Below are positions 19,739-30,175 of a DNA stretch of 64,000 nucleotides, piece by piece. The stretch covers positions 1 to 64,000 of the forward strand of contig JBCNVB010000018.1 of assembly GCA_039630415.1 (NCBI GenBank), given 5' to 3'. The notes below the pieces were generated by a model. That model saw only the letters and a list, made by a program, of their open reading frames with translations, had not been told where the DNA came from and searched no databases. How positions within the stretch are numbered: the stretch's first letter is position 1; each line of letters begins with the position of its first letter. The translations under genes were made by a program, and so were the position numbers. This stretch comes from a bacterium. GTDB lineage: Bacteria > DRYD01.

Positions 19739-22118
19739 TTTTCTTACTACCTACCTTTTCGTAGTATTCTTTGAGTTTCTTATAAACCAGAGAATGTACT
19801 TTTTTGGCTTTTACACCAGTAGCTATTTCTATGACTTGATCTATATTTTCTACTGCGTAGATGTTGAAGATACCTTTTTGTATGTCTCTAAGTATTTCTT
19901 TTTTGAGCACGAGATTATGTATGTTTTGGTGCGGTATAATAACGCCTGTATTTTTCCCCAAATGTCCCCTATGTTTGCATATTTCATAGAATCCTTCTAC
20001 TTTTTCGATTATTCCCCCAACAGGTTGCACCATTCCCTTTTGGTTCATAGAGCCGGTTATAGCAATTGATTGATTGACTGGTACAGATGATAGCTGAGAT
20101 ATAATAGCAAGTACTTCTGCACACGAAGCACTATCACCCTCCATAAAACCATAATTCTGTTCAAATGTTATCCTAGCTTGCAAGGTTAAAGGAAAATCTT
20201 GAGAATATTTCTCTATAAGATATCCCGTAATTATCATTACAGCTTTTTTGTGAATTTGACCCGAAAATCCTACCTCTTTTTCAATAGATATAACTCCTTC
20301 CTTGCCTATCCCAACCGAAGCAGTAATCCTCGTTGGTTTACCAAACGACATTTGACCTATTTGAATAACCGATAAACCATTAACAACCCCAACTTCATAC
20401 CCTTTAGTACTTATACTTATCATATTTTCGAGAATATACTTTTGAGCTTTTTCTTTATAAAAAGAGTTTCTATTTTCCCAAAGTTCAATAGCTTTGTCTA
20501 TATCACTAGCAGTTATAGTATTGCCATTTGAAACAGTAGAAGCTTCTATAAGAATGTTTTCAATATAAGACATCTTAAGTGGAAGTCTATTTATACTTCC
20601 CTCCAATCTATGTAAATGATGTAGTAAATAAGCTACAGCTTCAGGATCAATTTTCTTACCACTACTGGTCTTTAAAATATTCAAAATACTCATAATATAG
20701 TGTTCAAGCACTTTCTTTTTCTCTTTATTTGAAAAGAAGGAAAGTTGGTTAAAATCTACGTCTTCTTCAAAGTATGCTACTACATGAAAATATTCTCTAA
20801 AATCTTCATCGTATTCATATAGTAGATGATATATAATAGGAGGACCAAGAAGGATTATCTTACCTTCAAAAGGAATAGGCTCAGGGCGAAGTATCCTAGT
20901 AGATATTCCTATTTTACTGTGTATGTCCTCAATAATTATCTTTTTATTCTTGATAGTTCTCTTTAAAGCATCGTAAGCAAAATATTCCCTAAGAACATCC
21001 ATTATGTTTAAAATTAAATAACCACCATTTGCCTTATGAAAAGCCCCGGGATATATCATCGTAAAGTCAGTTATCAATATTCCCTGAATTGCTTCCCTGT
21101 CGATCTTACCAACCAAATTCTCTAAAGTTGGGAATTCCTCGAAAACAATAGGTACCCCCTTGCTTTTACTGTTATCAACAATCAAATTCACTTTATACCT
21201 GTTAGGTATCCCGTCTTCGTTACTCTTAAATCTTAAGAATATCTCTAGATTTTCATTTATATCCTTTGATAAATCTTCCAGATAGTTCTTTATTTTCTCA
21301 TTATCTTGTGGCTGTATAGAATTATACTTTGGATGTTTAGATAGCTCTTTCTTGAACTCTTCTAAGTAAAAAGATACCCATTTGTTAGCCAATTCTTTAT
21401 CAATTTGTTTTAATTTTTCGAATAGTTCTTTGTCTATACTTCTAAGTTCCCTTATTCTTTCTTCAATTTTCTTTTCCAGGATTTCTTCATTTTTTTCAAT
21501 TTCTTTCCGTATACTTTCCTCTAGTGTTTGAAGTTCTTCAGCAGAGATAGGTTTACCACCTATTGTAGGTGATAGGAAAAAACCTCCACTGGTAGGTTGT
21601 AAGCTAAAACCATAGTTACTTGCCTCTTGTTGCATTTCAAAAATAATTTTTTCTTTTCTTTTGGAATATTCCCTTATGAGTTGTTCTTTTAGCTGTATAT
21701 GTTTATCATCTTCGAAAGCTTTCTTAAGATTTTGCCTTAGATTTTTAATAGATTCTTCTAGACGTTCTTTGAAAAATTTTCCCATTGAGTTAGGTAATCT
21801 TATACATATGGGTTCATCAGGATTATCAAAATTATGTATATATACCCAGTCATCAGGCAAAATACCATCTTTAACAATTTCACAAAGGATTTTCTGAATA
21901 ATAGTCCTTTTACCTAAACCAAAGGATCCAGCAGCGTAAATATTGTACTTATCCTTATTAATTGATACAGCAAACTTCAAAGTATCTATTGCTCTATCCT
22001 GGCCTATAAATCCTACCTTGATCTTATCAGGTGACTTGTTATACTTTTCAACTATTTTTTTTATAAAGTCTTTAGAGTAAAGGTTAAGTATTTTTTTAAC
22101 ATCAACTTTATTCTTCAT
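19707..22118 (-). CDS. LonC-like Lon protease (S16, AAA_32 type)
   Basis: GQDRA, DWVYIHNF, GAFHKANGGYL, PEPIP, VNGLSV, FEQNYG.MEGDSAS (Ser), QPVGGIIEK (Lys); degenerate Walker A GSFGLGKRT. Confidence 0.88.
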   Translation of the reverse strand: MKNKVDVKKILNLYSKDFIKKIVEKYNKSPDKIKVGFIGQDRAIDTLKFAVSINKDKYNIYAAGSFGLGKRTIIQKILCEIVKDGILPDDWVYIHNFDNPDEPICIRLPNSMGKFFKERLEESIKNLRQNLKKAFEDDKHIQLKEQLIREYSKRKEKIIFEMQQEASNYGFSLQPTSGGFFLSPTIGGKPISAEELQTLEESIRKEIEKNEEILEKKIEERIRELRSIDKELFEKLKQIDKELANKWVSFYLEEFKKELSKHPKYNSIQPQDNEKIKNYLEDLSKDINENLEIFLRFKSNEDGIPNRYKVNLIVDNSKSKGVPIVFEEFPTLENLVGKIDREAIQGILITDFTMIYPGAFHKANGGYLILNIMDVLREYFAYDALKRTIKNKKIIIEDIHSKIGISTRILRPEPIPFEGKIILLGPPIIYHLLYEYDEDFREYFHVVAYFEEDVDFNQLSFFSNKEKKKVLEHYIMSILNILKTSSGKKIDPEAVAYLLHHLHRLEGSINRLPLKMSYIENILIEASTVSNGNTITASDIDKAIELWENRNSFYKEKAQKYILENMISISTKGYEVGVVNGLSVIQIGQMSFGKPTRITASVGIGKEGVISIEKEVGFSGQIHKKAVMIITGYLIEKYSQDFPLTLQARITFEQNYGFMEGDSASCAEVLAIISQLSSVPVNQSIAITGSMNQKGMVQPVGGIIEKVEGFYEICKHRGHLGKNTGVIIPHQNIHNLVLKKEILRDIQKGIFNIYAVENIDQVIEIATGVKAKKVHSLVYKKLKEYYEKVGSKKNARKNARDNS

Positions 22119-22120
22119 AG

Positions 22121-22975
22121 TTATTTGGTTCTATACTCTTCACAAAAACCCTTGATATAAGCCAATTTGTTATACCAACCCTGAGGTAAAAATTCTTTAA
22201 TAGAGTTTATATCCAGGAGTTGTATTAATTTCCAAAGGGGGTAATTAGGTATAAATCCCGTTCTCAAGAACGTGCTCATGCAAGGGTGATATTTGACTAA
22301 TTTAGCTGCGTATTTACCCTCATTATAGTAGTGTTTAAACGGGTCTTGATGAGGTGTTTTATAATGTAAAACCCAGGCATTAAAATCAAAAAACCTTCTT
22401 ATACCAAGTTTCCTGAGTCTATAACCAAATTCCGCATCCTGCCACCTGTTAAATTCCAAATTAAACAAACCTGTTTTAAAAATCAACTCCTTTCTAATGG
22501 AAACATTAGCGGTGCAAAAATAATTACCTGAGTAACCCCTTAAAATCAAAAAATTTTTATCCCTTACTGCTTTTTCAAAAAAAAAATCCAATCTAGAATA
22601 GTCAGAAAAGTTTATGATAGGTCCTCTTACAATAGCATTCCTAAATCTAGTATGATATAACACATGAGTTTCAATAAATTTGTTTGATGGGTAAGCATCA
22701 TCATCAGTGTAGATAATAATGTCAGAGTTTGAATACAAAGCTCCTTTATTTCTACCATCAGCAGAACCCATCGTCCTTTCATTTCTTATTACTCTTATGT
22801 TTAAATCCCCACTTTCGGAAACATATTTCTCTATAGCTTGAGAAGTACCATCAGTAGAATTATCGTCTATAATTATTATTTCAAAATCCTTAACAGTTTG
22901 CTTTTTCCAAAAATCAAAAGTAGAAAGTAAAATTTCTTTTCGGTTGTAGGTAGGTATTACTACAGTAGCTCTCAT
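22121..22975 (-). CDS. GT2 family glycosyltransferase
   Basis: VVIPTYNR, IIDDNSTDGT, RNKG, TDDD, QDAEFGYRL motifs. Confidence 0.9.
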   Translation of the reverse strand: MRATVVIPTYNRKEILLSTFDFWKKQTVKDFEIIIIDDNSTDGTSQAIEKYVSESGDLNIRVIRNERTMGSADGRNKGALYSNSDIIIYTDDDAYPSNKFIETHVLYHTRFRNAIVRGPIINFSDYSRLDFFFEKAVRDKNFLILRGYSGNYFCTANVSIRKELIFKTGLFNLEFNRWQDAEFGYRLRKLGIRRFFDFNAWVLHYKTPHQDPFKHYYNEGKYAAKLVKYHPCMSTFLRTGFIPNYPLWKLIQLLDINSIKEFLPQGWYNKLAYIKGFCEEYRTK

Positions 22976-22978
22976 ATT

Positions 22979-24322
22979 TTAATCAGCCGCACTTATCATT
23001 CCGTATAAAGGTATCATAACTGCAATTAAAATAATCCCTACAAAAACTCCCACAAAAATAATCAACAATGGCTCTACAACACTAGAAATGGACTCTACAG
23101 TCCTATTGAGTTGTTCCTCTTGAAACTCTGCATAAGCTTTTAGAACTTCATCTATTTTACCTGTTTCGTCTCCAACACTAATCATCTGTCTTGCCATAGG
23201 ATCAAAAACATCATTAATTATTGCAACTATTAATTTATCTTCCTCACTTAGTAAAGTAGTTTTAGGATTATATTTCCCTTTAACAAACCTATAGAATATA
23301 TCCCTAAGAGTCTTTCCTTCACTTATCTTGATTATACAGTAATCTATTATCTTATCAAAAACATAGTTATTTAAAACTTTTTTGGTGATTAAAAGACATT
23401 TTGTCAAAGTAGTACCTGTAGCAATCAAAGAAGATATAGTTGAAAAAAAAGAAACAATTAAATAAGATCTAATAATGTTTCCAAATATAGGGATTTTAAT
23501 TTTAATCACATCAAGTACTTGTTTACCTTGTTTTGTTTTTGAAAAATTGTTGTAAAAAATAAATCCACCTATAGTTGTTCCGAAGAACGCTATATAAAAA
23601 TAAGGGGTTTTCATAAAATCAGTTATGGATATGAGAATGACAGTTATTAGAGGAAGTTGAGCATTCATATCCCTTATAACAGCGAATATTTGTGGTAGAA
23701 TAAACTGAAATACTACAAATGATATAACTATTGCAAAGACTATAATCATTACTGGATAAGTCAGAGAAGATTTCACTTTAGCTTGTATTTTAGCCATTTT
23801 CTCCAAGGTTTTGGATAATTGCTTTAGATTCTTATCAAGTAATCCAGAAGCTTCACCAGCCTCTATCATCCCCAAAAAATAAGGACCCAAATCTTTTTCA
23901 TACTTGGATAAAGCTTTTGATATACTCTTACCTTCAGAAATTCCAACATACACATCACTAATTATCTGCTTTAGCTTGGGATTTTCCGCTTGATTATAAA
24001 GTACAACCATAGTTGTTTTTAGATCTAATCCAGCTTCAGCCATAGTAGCCCATTGACTAGTTAATATAGATAGATCTTTTACAGTTATTTTTGAAAACTT
24101 TGCCGATTTTGTGGTTAAAGGTTTGATTTCTCTTACTGCAACCCTCTTTGCTTTTGAAGCCCTAGTTTGTTTTATTACATCTATAGCAGTCTCTAATATT
24201 TCTTCCTTTTCTATTCTTATTGATTCATTAGGTTTTGAAATCGTTTTCAAATCACTTTGTTGATCTACTTCCAGATCTGTATCTGGCTTTTGAAACCTAC
24301 CTCTTACTCTTTTTATCCCCAT
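22979..24322 (-). CDS. Type IV pilus/T2SS inner-membrane platform protein (PilC/GspF)
   Basis: AGEASGLLD, SLTYP, KIPIFG, MISVGDETGKID and VEPLLI motifs; two T2SSF repeats. Confidence 0.9.
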   Translation of the reverse strand: MGIKRVRGRFQKPDTDLEVDQQSDLKTISKPNESIRIEKEEILETAIDVIKQTRASKAKRVAVREIKPLTTKSAKFSKITVKDLSILTSQWATMAEAGLDLKTTMVVLYNQAENPKLKQIISDVYVGISEGKSISKALSKYEKDLGPYFLGMIEAGEASGLLDKNLKQLSKTLEKMAKIQAKVKSSLTYPVMIIVFAIVISFVVFQFILPQIFAVIRDMNAQLPLITVILISITDFMKTPYFYIAFFGTTIGGFIFYNNFSKTKQGKQVLDVIKIKIPIFGNIIRSYLIVSFFSTISSLIATGTTLTKCLLITKKVLNNYVFDKIIDYCIIKISEGKTLRDIFYRFVKGKYNPKTTLLSEEDKLIVAIINDVFDPMARQMISVGDETGKIDEVLKAYAEFQEEQLNRTVESISSVVEPLLIIFVGVFVGIILIAVMIPLYGMISAAD

Positions 24323-24326
24323 ACCT

Positions 24327-25871
24327 CTATGACGCTAATAAACTTTTATAAGCTTTAAGTTTCTGATCAAATAAATCTTTCAGTTTATTTGCTTGATTAT
24401 AGTACTCTTCTTCATTTTCCCAAAGGTTATGGGGTCTAAAAAGTTCAGCGGGTAAATTTGGCACCATTGGTACTTTGAAACCGAAAACCGGATGGATATA
24501 GGAATTATTTTTGTCAATTTGACCATTTAAAGCACTTCTTATGATTGTACGAGTATATGAAAGATCTATTCTCCTAGAAAGAGGATATCTATTACCTATC
24601 CAACCTGTATTGACTAAATAAACTGTGGTATTGTATTTTTTAACATTTTGATAGAGTTTATTAGCGTATTTTATAGGATCCAGAGGTAAGAAAGGTCTAC
24701 AGAAAGCTTCAGAAAACGTAGGTTCTGGATCCTTTACTCCCCTTTCTGTACCCGCTAACTTTGAAGTGTATCCTAAAAGAAAATATTCTAGAATCTGTTT
24801 ATCTTCCAGAATCGAGATTGGTGGTAAAGATCCAGTTGCATCCGCTGATAAAAAGAATATAACTTCAGGTATTTCTCCCCTCAAAGTTTGCTCCATTATC
24901 TCTATGTACTTATTTGGGTAGGCTGAACGAGTGTTCTCTGTTATGCTAGCATCAGAAAAATCTATTTCTCTTGATACAGGATCATATACAACATTTTCTA
25001 TTACCGTACCAAATTTATTAGTTGCTAGGTATATTTCTCTTTCTTTGTAGAAGCTAAGATTAATAACCTTAGCGTATGATCCTCCTTCAAAGTTAAATAT
25101 ATCATCTGATGCCCATCCGTGTTCATCATCCCCTATTAATCTCCTAGAAGAGTCAGTAGATAAAGTCGTTTTCCCTGTTCCAGATAGTCCGAAAAATAGA
25201 GCTGTACTCATAGAGTTAAGATCTCTATTAGCACCACAATGCATAGGAAGAATATCAAATTTTTCAAGATAAAAGTAATTTAGAAAAGTGAAGACCGCTT
25301 TTTTTATTTCTCCACAGTACAAGGTTCCTGCTATAAAGATAAATGGTTCTGGATGGATATCTAGAATAATAGCTACTTCACTTCTCACTCCGTCTTTTTC
25401 TCCCTCCAATTTTAAATAGGGCAAATGAAGAATATTTACCCTTCCTGCAATCCTATTGGGTTTTAACTCATGACTTCTTATAAATAGATTATTTGCAAAT
25501 ATTATATGATAAGGCGTTTCTGAGATAAGACATACCCTCACGGTATAATCAGGATTAGCACCAGCATATCCATCCCACTTATAAAGCTCCTTGCCCTGAA
25601 TATATCCAAAAGCCTTGTTTAATATCTCCTCAAATTTATCTCTCTCTATTGGATTATTCACATCTCCCCACCATATTATGTCTTTAGTATAATCATCATA
25701 AACAATAAATTTATCCTTGGGAGACCTCCCAGTGTAAGGATAAGTATTTACAATAAGTGCTCCAGAGGATGATATTACTCCCAAGTTCTTGATTATACTA
25801 TGTTCATACAATTCCGCAATACTCAAATTATCATATACTTTTTTAGCTAGTTTTTGTATTTTTTGTATCAT
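24327..25871 (-). CDS. pckA: Phosphoenolpyruvate carboxykinase (ATP)
   Basis: TGRSPKDK, GEIKK, PMHC, FFGLSGTGKTTLS, IGDDEHGW, NFEGG and TENTR motifs. Confidence 0.95.
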   Translation of the reverse strand: MIQKIQKLAKKVYDNLSIAELYEHSIIKNLGVISSSGALIVNTYPYTGRSPKDKFIVYDDYTKDIIWWGDVNNPIERDKFEEILNKAFGYIQGKELYKWDGYAGANPDYTVRVCLISETPYHIIFANNLFIRSHELKPNRIAGRVNILHLPYLKLEGEKDGVRSEVAIILDIHPEPFIFIAGTLYCGEIKKAVFTFLNYFYLEKFDILPMHCGANRDLNSMSTALFFGLSGTGKTTLSTDSSRRLIGDDEHGWASDDIFNFEGGSYAKVINLSFYKEREIYLATNKFGTVIENVVYDPVSREIDFSDASITENTRSAYPNKYIEIMEQTLRGEIPEVIFFLSADATGSLPPISILEDKQILEYFLLGYTSKLAGTERGVKDPEPTFSEAFCRPFLPLDPIKYANKLYQNVKKYNTTVYLVNTGWIGNRYPLSRRIDLSYTRTIIRSALNGQIDKNNSYIHPVFGFKVPMVPNLPAELFRPHNLWENEEEYYNQANKLKDLFDQKLKAYKSLLAS

Positions 25872-26932
25872 ACTTTAGTTACCTCCCTATAAACTCTATT
25901 ACCTTCTGAGTCAAAGAGCATTATACTTTCTTTAGGTAGATATACTTTCACTTCGGTTTGTCTTGGAATTTTTTCTCTACTTATGGCCCTTATTATTACG
26001 TTATCTATTGTAATTGTTATAAGAAACTGAGAGCCAAGGTTGTCATAGAACAAAACTTTTCCACTAAGCGCAATAGAGTTTTCTAATTGATTATTGATAC
26101 TAATCTTTTCTGGTCTTATAGCAAAAGTATACTGGCCTTCTGGAATATCAATTTCTCTTTTAAAACTTATTTTGTTGTCTATTTTTATATAATCGTTTGA
26201 TACTATGCAATCGTAATAATTTATTTGTGGACTTCCTACGAATGAAGCAGTAAAGAAATTTTTGGGATTAGAGTATATTTCTTCAGGAGTTCCAAACTGC
26301 ATTATCCTTCCCTTGTTCATAACTATAATGTAATCGGATAAAGTAAGTGCTTCGATCTGATCATGAGTTACAAAAACAGCAGTAGCGTTCAGATTTAACA
26401 AAATCTTCTTTATCTCCTCTCTTGCCTTTTCCCTTAGTAGTGCGTCCAAATTACTAAGAGGTTCATCAAACAAGAATATATCAGGTTCCTTAACCAAAGC
26501 TCTAGCTATAGCAACCCTTTGCCTCTGCCCACCAGATATCTGCGCAGGATATTTATTCAAAATATCACCAATATTTAAAATCTCAACTACTCTTTTAAGC
26601 TTCTCCTCTATTATTTTCTTATCCACCTTTTGTATTCTCAATCCAATTGTAATATTATCTTTCACAGTCATATGTGGATATAGAGCGTAAGTTTGAAAAA
26701 CCATAGCTATATTTCTTTTTGAAGGATGTAGATTTGTAACATCCCTATTATTTATGAATATTTTTCCTTGTTGTATTTCTTCGAGTCCCGCTATACAGCG
26801 AAGGAGTGTGGTTTTACCGCATCCAGATGGCCCTAATATACTCAAAAATACCCCCTTCTCTATCTCAAAATTTATATCGTACAGAACTTGGTTCTTACCA
26901 AAAAATTTACATACCTTTTCTACTTTCAGCAT
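25868..26932 (-). CDS. MalK/UgpC-type sugar ABC transporter ATP-binding subunit
   Basis: GPSGCGKTT, VFQTYALYPHMTV, ISGGQRQR, DEPLSNLD, VTHDQ; C-terminal TOBE region. Confidence 0.92.
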   Translation of the reverse strand: MLKVEKVCKFFGKNQVLYDINFEIEKGVFLSILGPSGCGKTTLLRCIAGLEEIQQGKIFINNRDVTNLHPSKRNIAMVFQTYALYPHMTVKDNITIGLRIQKVDKKIIEEKLKRVVEILNIGDILNKYPAQISGGQRQRVAIARALVKEPDIFLFDEPLSNLDALLREKAREEIKKILLNLNATAVFVTHDQIEALTLSDYIIVMNKGRIMQFGTPEEIYSNPKNFFTASFVGSPQINYYDCIVSNDYIKIDNKISFKREIDIPEGQYTFAIRPEKISINNQLENSIALSGKVLFYDNLGSQFLITITIDNVIIRAISREKIPRQTEVKVYLPKESIMLFDSEGNRVYREVTKV

Positions 26933-26956
26933 CTACTATCACCACTATCGTCAGTT

Positions 26957-27526
26957 TTATACATTTAGTATCTCCTTATTTTTTTCTTCGGTATATTTGT
27001 CAATTTTGTCCATATATTCTTTGGTTATTTTGTCTATTTCTTTTTGGTATCTTGTAGATTCGTCTTCGGAGATAAGCTTTTGTTTTTTGGCTAGATCCTT
27101 AATCTTTTCAATTGCATCCCTTCTAGCATTCCTTATTGATTGCTTTACCTCTTCAGATTTTTGACTTACAAACTTTGTTAATTGCTTTCTATTTTCTTCG
27201 GTTAATCTCGGAATAAGTATTCTTATTAGATTTCCTTCTATTTGAGGTGTTAAGGAAAGATTTGCTCTTTGTATTGCCTTTTCTATTGCGGATATAGCTG
27301 ATCTATCGAAAGGCTGTATAACAAGCATTCTTGTATCTGGTACGGATATTGATGCTATACTCTTGAGAGAGACTGTACTACCATGATACTCAACTTTTAG
27401 GTCTTCAACGAGTGAAGGTGAAGCTCTACCAGTTCTCATAGATCTTAACTCTTTTACATAGTAATTTATCGCATCATCCATCTGCTTTTTCATGGTATTT
27501 AGTATTTGTTTGGGATCAACTTCCAT
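26957..27526 (-). CDS. frr: Ribosome recycling factor
   Basis: RTGRASP, IQPFD, IEKAI, PRLTEENRK, IRNARRDA motifs; RBS GGGAGG before ATG 27526. Confidence 0.95.
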   Translation of the reverse strand: MEVDPKQILNTMKKQMDDAINYYVKELRSMRTGRASPSLVEDLKVEYHGSTVSLKSIASISVPDTRMLVIQPFDRSAISAIEKAIQRANLSLTPQIEGNLIRILIPRLTEENRKQLTKFVSQKSEEVKQSIRNARRDAIEKIKDLAKKQKLISEDESTRYQKEIDKITKEYMDKIDKYTEEKNKEILNV

Positions 27527-27550
27527 ACTCTCTACCTCCCTACTTATCAT

Positions 27551-28849
27551 TTACTCATCCTTCTCATATACCGACACCATAAACCTATTTAAATCAACAT
27601 AACTATAAAAAACCTCTAGCATATCATTCAATTTTATCTTTTGAATCTTACCAATATACTCGTACGCTTCAAGATAACTCTTAAATAGTTCATTAGACCC
27701 TATAAGCATACCTTGATTTGCAGAAGTTTCAAAATTCCAAAAAGCAGAACTCTCAAAATTTTCCTTGCATATTTCAAAATAATCTAACTCTATATAACTT
27801 TTTAGATCCTTAACTATCTTACAAAACTCCTGAACTACTCTTTCGACATTTTTTGACTCAGTAACCGCAGTAAGGTATATAATCCCCGGCAGTTTATTTG
27901 TCGAATACATGTCAAAATTAACAGCATCAACTATCTTCAAATCATTCTTGATTACCCTATTTAGAATGCTATATGAAGAACCACCCAAAATATAACTTGC
28001 CAAAGATATAAAATATGCTTTTTCTATGTTTTTGTATTGTTCCTCTAATGTGGGTGAAACAAAACTTATCATTAAGTAAGTCTTATTAACATTTCCCTTT
28101 AAGTTCAATCTATCATAACAAATTTCTTCGTCCTTATAGTCATAATTTAATACACTTTGTTCCGAATTGTAAACATTTTCTGGTAATTTTTTGAACAGTT
28201 CTTCAAAAGAGTTATATACTTTAGTTGGATCTTCATCAGTTACTACAACAAAAAATGAGTTTTTCGGATTTTTATACTGTGAGTAAAAGCAGTTTACGTG
28301 GTTCAGAGTAATATTTTTCAACGTATGAGTATAACCAATTATCGGATGTCTCATTGGGTTATTTTTATACATTTTTTTGAGGGTTTCCTCAAACAAAACA
28401 GTAACAGGATCATCATCCCTCATCTCTATCTCATGAAAAATAATATTTCTTTCTGAATCCAAATCATTTTGCCTAAATAGTGGATTTATAATCATATCCC
28501 AGAGTATATCCAACGCTTTGTACAAGTTTTCTGAAGGAAGATTTATGTAGTAAGCAGTCTGATCATAAGAAGTATATGCATTGGTATATCCACCAAGGCT
28601 ATTTATTAACTTAGAAATATCCTGGGGATACTTGCTTGAACCTCTAAAAATACAGTGTTCTATTAAATGAGCTATACCCTTTTCATCTTCATTCTCATAT
28701 ATAGATCCTACCCTTGTAAAAAATGCTATAAAACTTATAGGATTATTTACCTTTTTGTATATAACTTTGAATGGGAAATCAAAACAAATAGTATCTTTTT
28801 TTTGCTTCTCTATGAATTCTTTTATTATTTTCGTTTTGTACATAGCCAT
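27551..28849 (-). CDS. M16 family zinc peptidase, catalytic subunit
   Basis: VGSIYE...GIAHLIEHCIFRGS (HxxEH), NAYTSYDQT, HPIIG. Confidence 0.9.
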   Translation of the reverse strand: MAMYKTKIIKEFIEKQKKDTICFDFPFKVIYKKVNNPISFIAFFTRVGSIYENEDEKGIAHLIEHCIFRGSSKYPQDISKLINSLGGYTNAYTSYDQTAYYINLPSENLYKALDILWDMIINPLFRQNDLDSERNIIFHEIEMRDDDPVTVLFEETLKKMYKNNPMRHPIIGYTHTLKNITLNHVNCFYSQYKNPKNSFFVVVTDEDPTKVYNSFEELFKKLPENVYNSEQSVLNYDYKDEEICYDRLNLKGNVNKTYLMISFVSPTLEEQYKNIEKAYFISLASYILGGSSYSILNRVIKNDLKIVDAVNFDMYSTNKLPGIIYLTAVTESKNVERVVQEFCKIVKDLKSYIELDYFEICKENFESSAFWNFETSANQGMLIGSNELFKSYLEAYEYIGKIQKIKLNDMLEVFYSYVDLNRFMVSVYEKDE

Positions 28850-28858
28850 AATGCTTAT

Positions 28859-29791
28859 TTAATCAGATAAAAGATTTTTTACAAATTCAGTTGGATTAAA
28901 CGGCTGGATATCTTCAATTTTTTCACCGAATGTGATAAATTTTATAGGTATTCCGAGAGTTGAAGTTATGGAAAATATGAATCCCGCTTTAAAAGAAGTA
29001 TCGATTTTAGTTACAGCTACTGATGTTAAGGATATAACATCTGCAAATACCTTAGTCTGCTGTATACTGTTCTGACCATAGGTCGCATCTAGAATTAGTA
29101 TCTTTTCCTGTGGTAGTTCTAGATGATGTTTTTTTATAACTCTTTCTACTTTTTGCAATTCTTGCATTAAATTGGTTTTATTATGCATTCTTCCGGCCGT
29201 ATCAATTATTGCTACGTTGATGTTTTTTGATATTGCACTTGAAATAGTATCGTAGGCAACTGCTGCACTATCCGCCCCCATACCCTGCTTAACTATTGGA
29301 ATAGATAACTTTTCAGCCCAAAAAGAAAGCTGCTCTATTGCAGCCGCTCTATACGTATCACCAGCACCCAAAATAACACTTAACCCCTTTGATTTATAGT
29401 AATTTGCCAACTTAGCTATAAACGATGTCTTACCTGTACCATTAACACCAACTACCATAATAACCAACGGATAACCTTCTAAATGATTCTTTAAAGGATA
29501 ATGCTTATCATCGTATGTATAAGGTATACTTAGCAAAGATACTAATTCTTTCTCTATTTCCTCCCATACCTTACTTCTATCCTTCTTTTTGGTTATGTTT
29601 TGTAAAGTATTGACTATATGCCTGGATAAATTAACTCCTACATCAGCAACTATAAGCTTTGATTCCAAGTTTTCCCAAAATTCAGGAGTTATTTCTTCTA
29701 CATTTTTACCCTTTATTAGTTCTCTTACGTCAGTAAAAAGTATTTCCTTTGTTTTTCTTAATCCTTCTTTGATTCTATCAATTATACTCAT
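28859..29791 (-). CDS. ftsY: SRP receptor FtsY (NG domain only)
   Basis: GVNGTGKTS, DTYRAAAIEQL, DTAGR, DATYGQN and TKID motifs. Confidence 0.93.
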   Translation of the reverse strand: MSIIDRIKEGLRKTKEILFTDVRELIKGKNVEEITPEFWENLESKLIVADVGVNLSRHIVNTLQNITKKKDRSKVWEEIEKELVSLLSIPYTYDDKHYPLKNHLEGYPLVIMVVGVNGTGKTSFIAKLANYYKSKGLSVILGAGDTYRAAAIEQLSFWAEKLSIPIVKQGMGADSAAVAYDTISSAISKNINVAIIDTAGRMHNKTNLMQELQKVERVIKKHHLELPQEKILILDATYGQNSIQQTKVFADVISLTSVAVTKIDTSFKAGFIFSITSTLGIPIKFITFGEKIEDIQPFNPTEFVKNLLSD

Positions 29792-29815
29792 ACAAACACC
29801 TCTTTTATACTTTGC

Positions 29816-30175
29816 TTACTTTTCAAGTAGCATGTATAGAGCTACAATAACAAGAAAGATAGCAAAAGCTTTTTTTAATATGTAAGAATCAATTAAGATA
29901 GCCCAAGTAGATCCTATATACGCACCTATAGGGAAAGACAAAATTAGAGCTATTGCATACTGAAGATTTACAAATCCGTTTTTATAGTAGTTAATAAAGG
30001 CAGCAAGAACAACAGGTATAACCAGTAGTGCTAATGATGTACCTTGAGCAGTTTTTTGATCTAATCCTACAAGAAGAGTCAAAGCTGGTATAATTAGTAT
30101 TCCTCCCCCTATCCCCAAAAGTCCACTAAGAATACCTGCAAACAAACCTATTAGTGCCACTATTAACAAATTCAT
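29816..30175 (-). CDS. TauE/SafE (TSUP) family permease, half-size
   Basis: SGLLGIGGGILIIP and AQGTSL motifs; about 4 TM helices; 119 aa. Confidence 0.85.
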   Translation of the reverse strand: MNLLIVALIGLFAGILSGLLGIGGGILIIPALTLLVGLDQKTAQGTSLALLVIPVVLAAFINYYKNGFVNLQYAIALILSFPIGAYIGSTWAILIDSYILKKAFAIFLVIVALYMLLEK

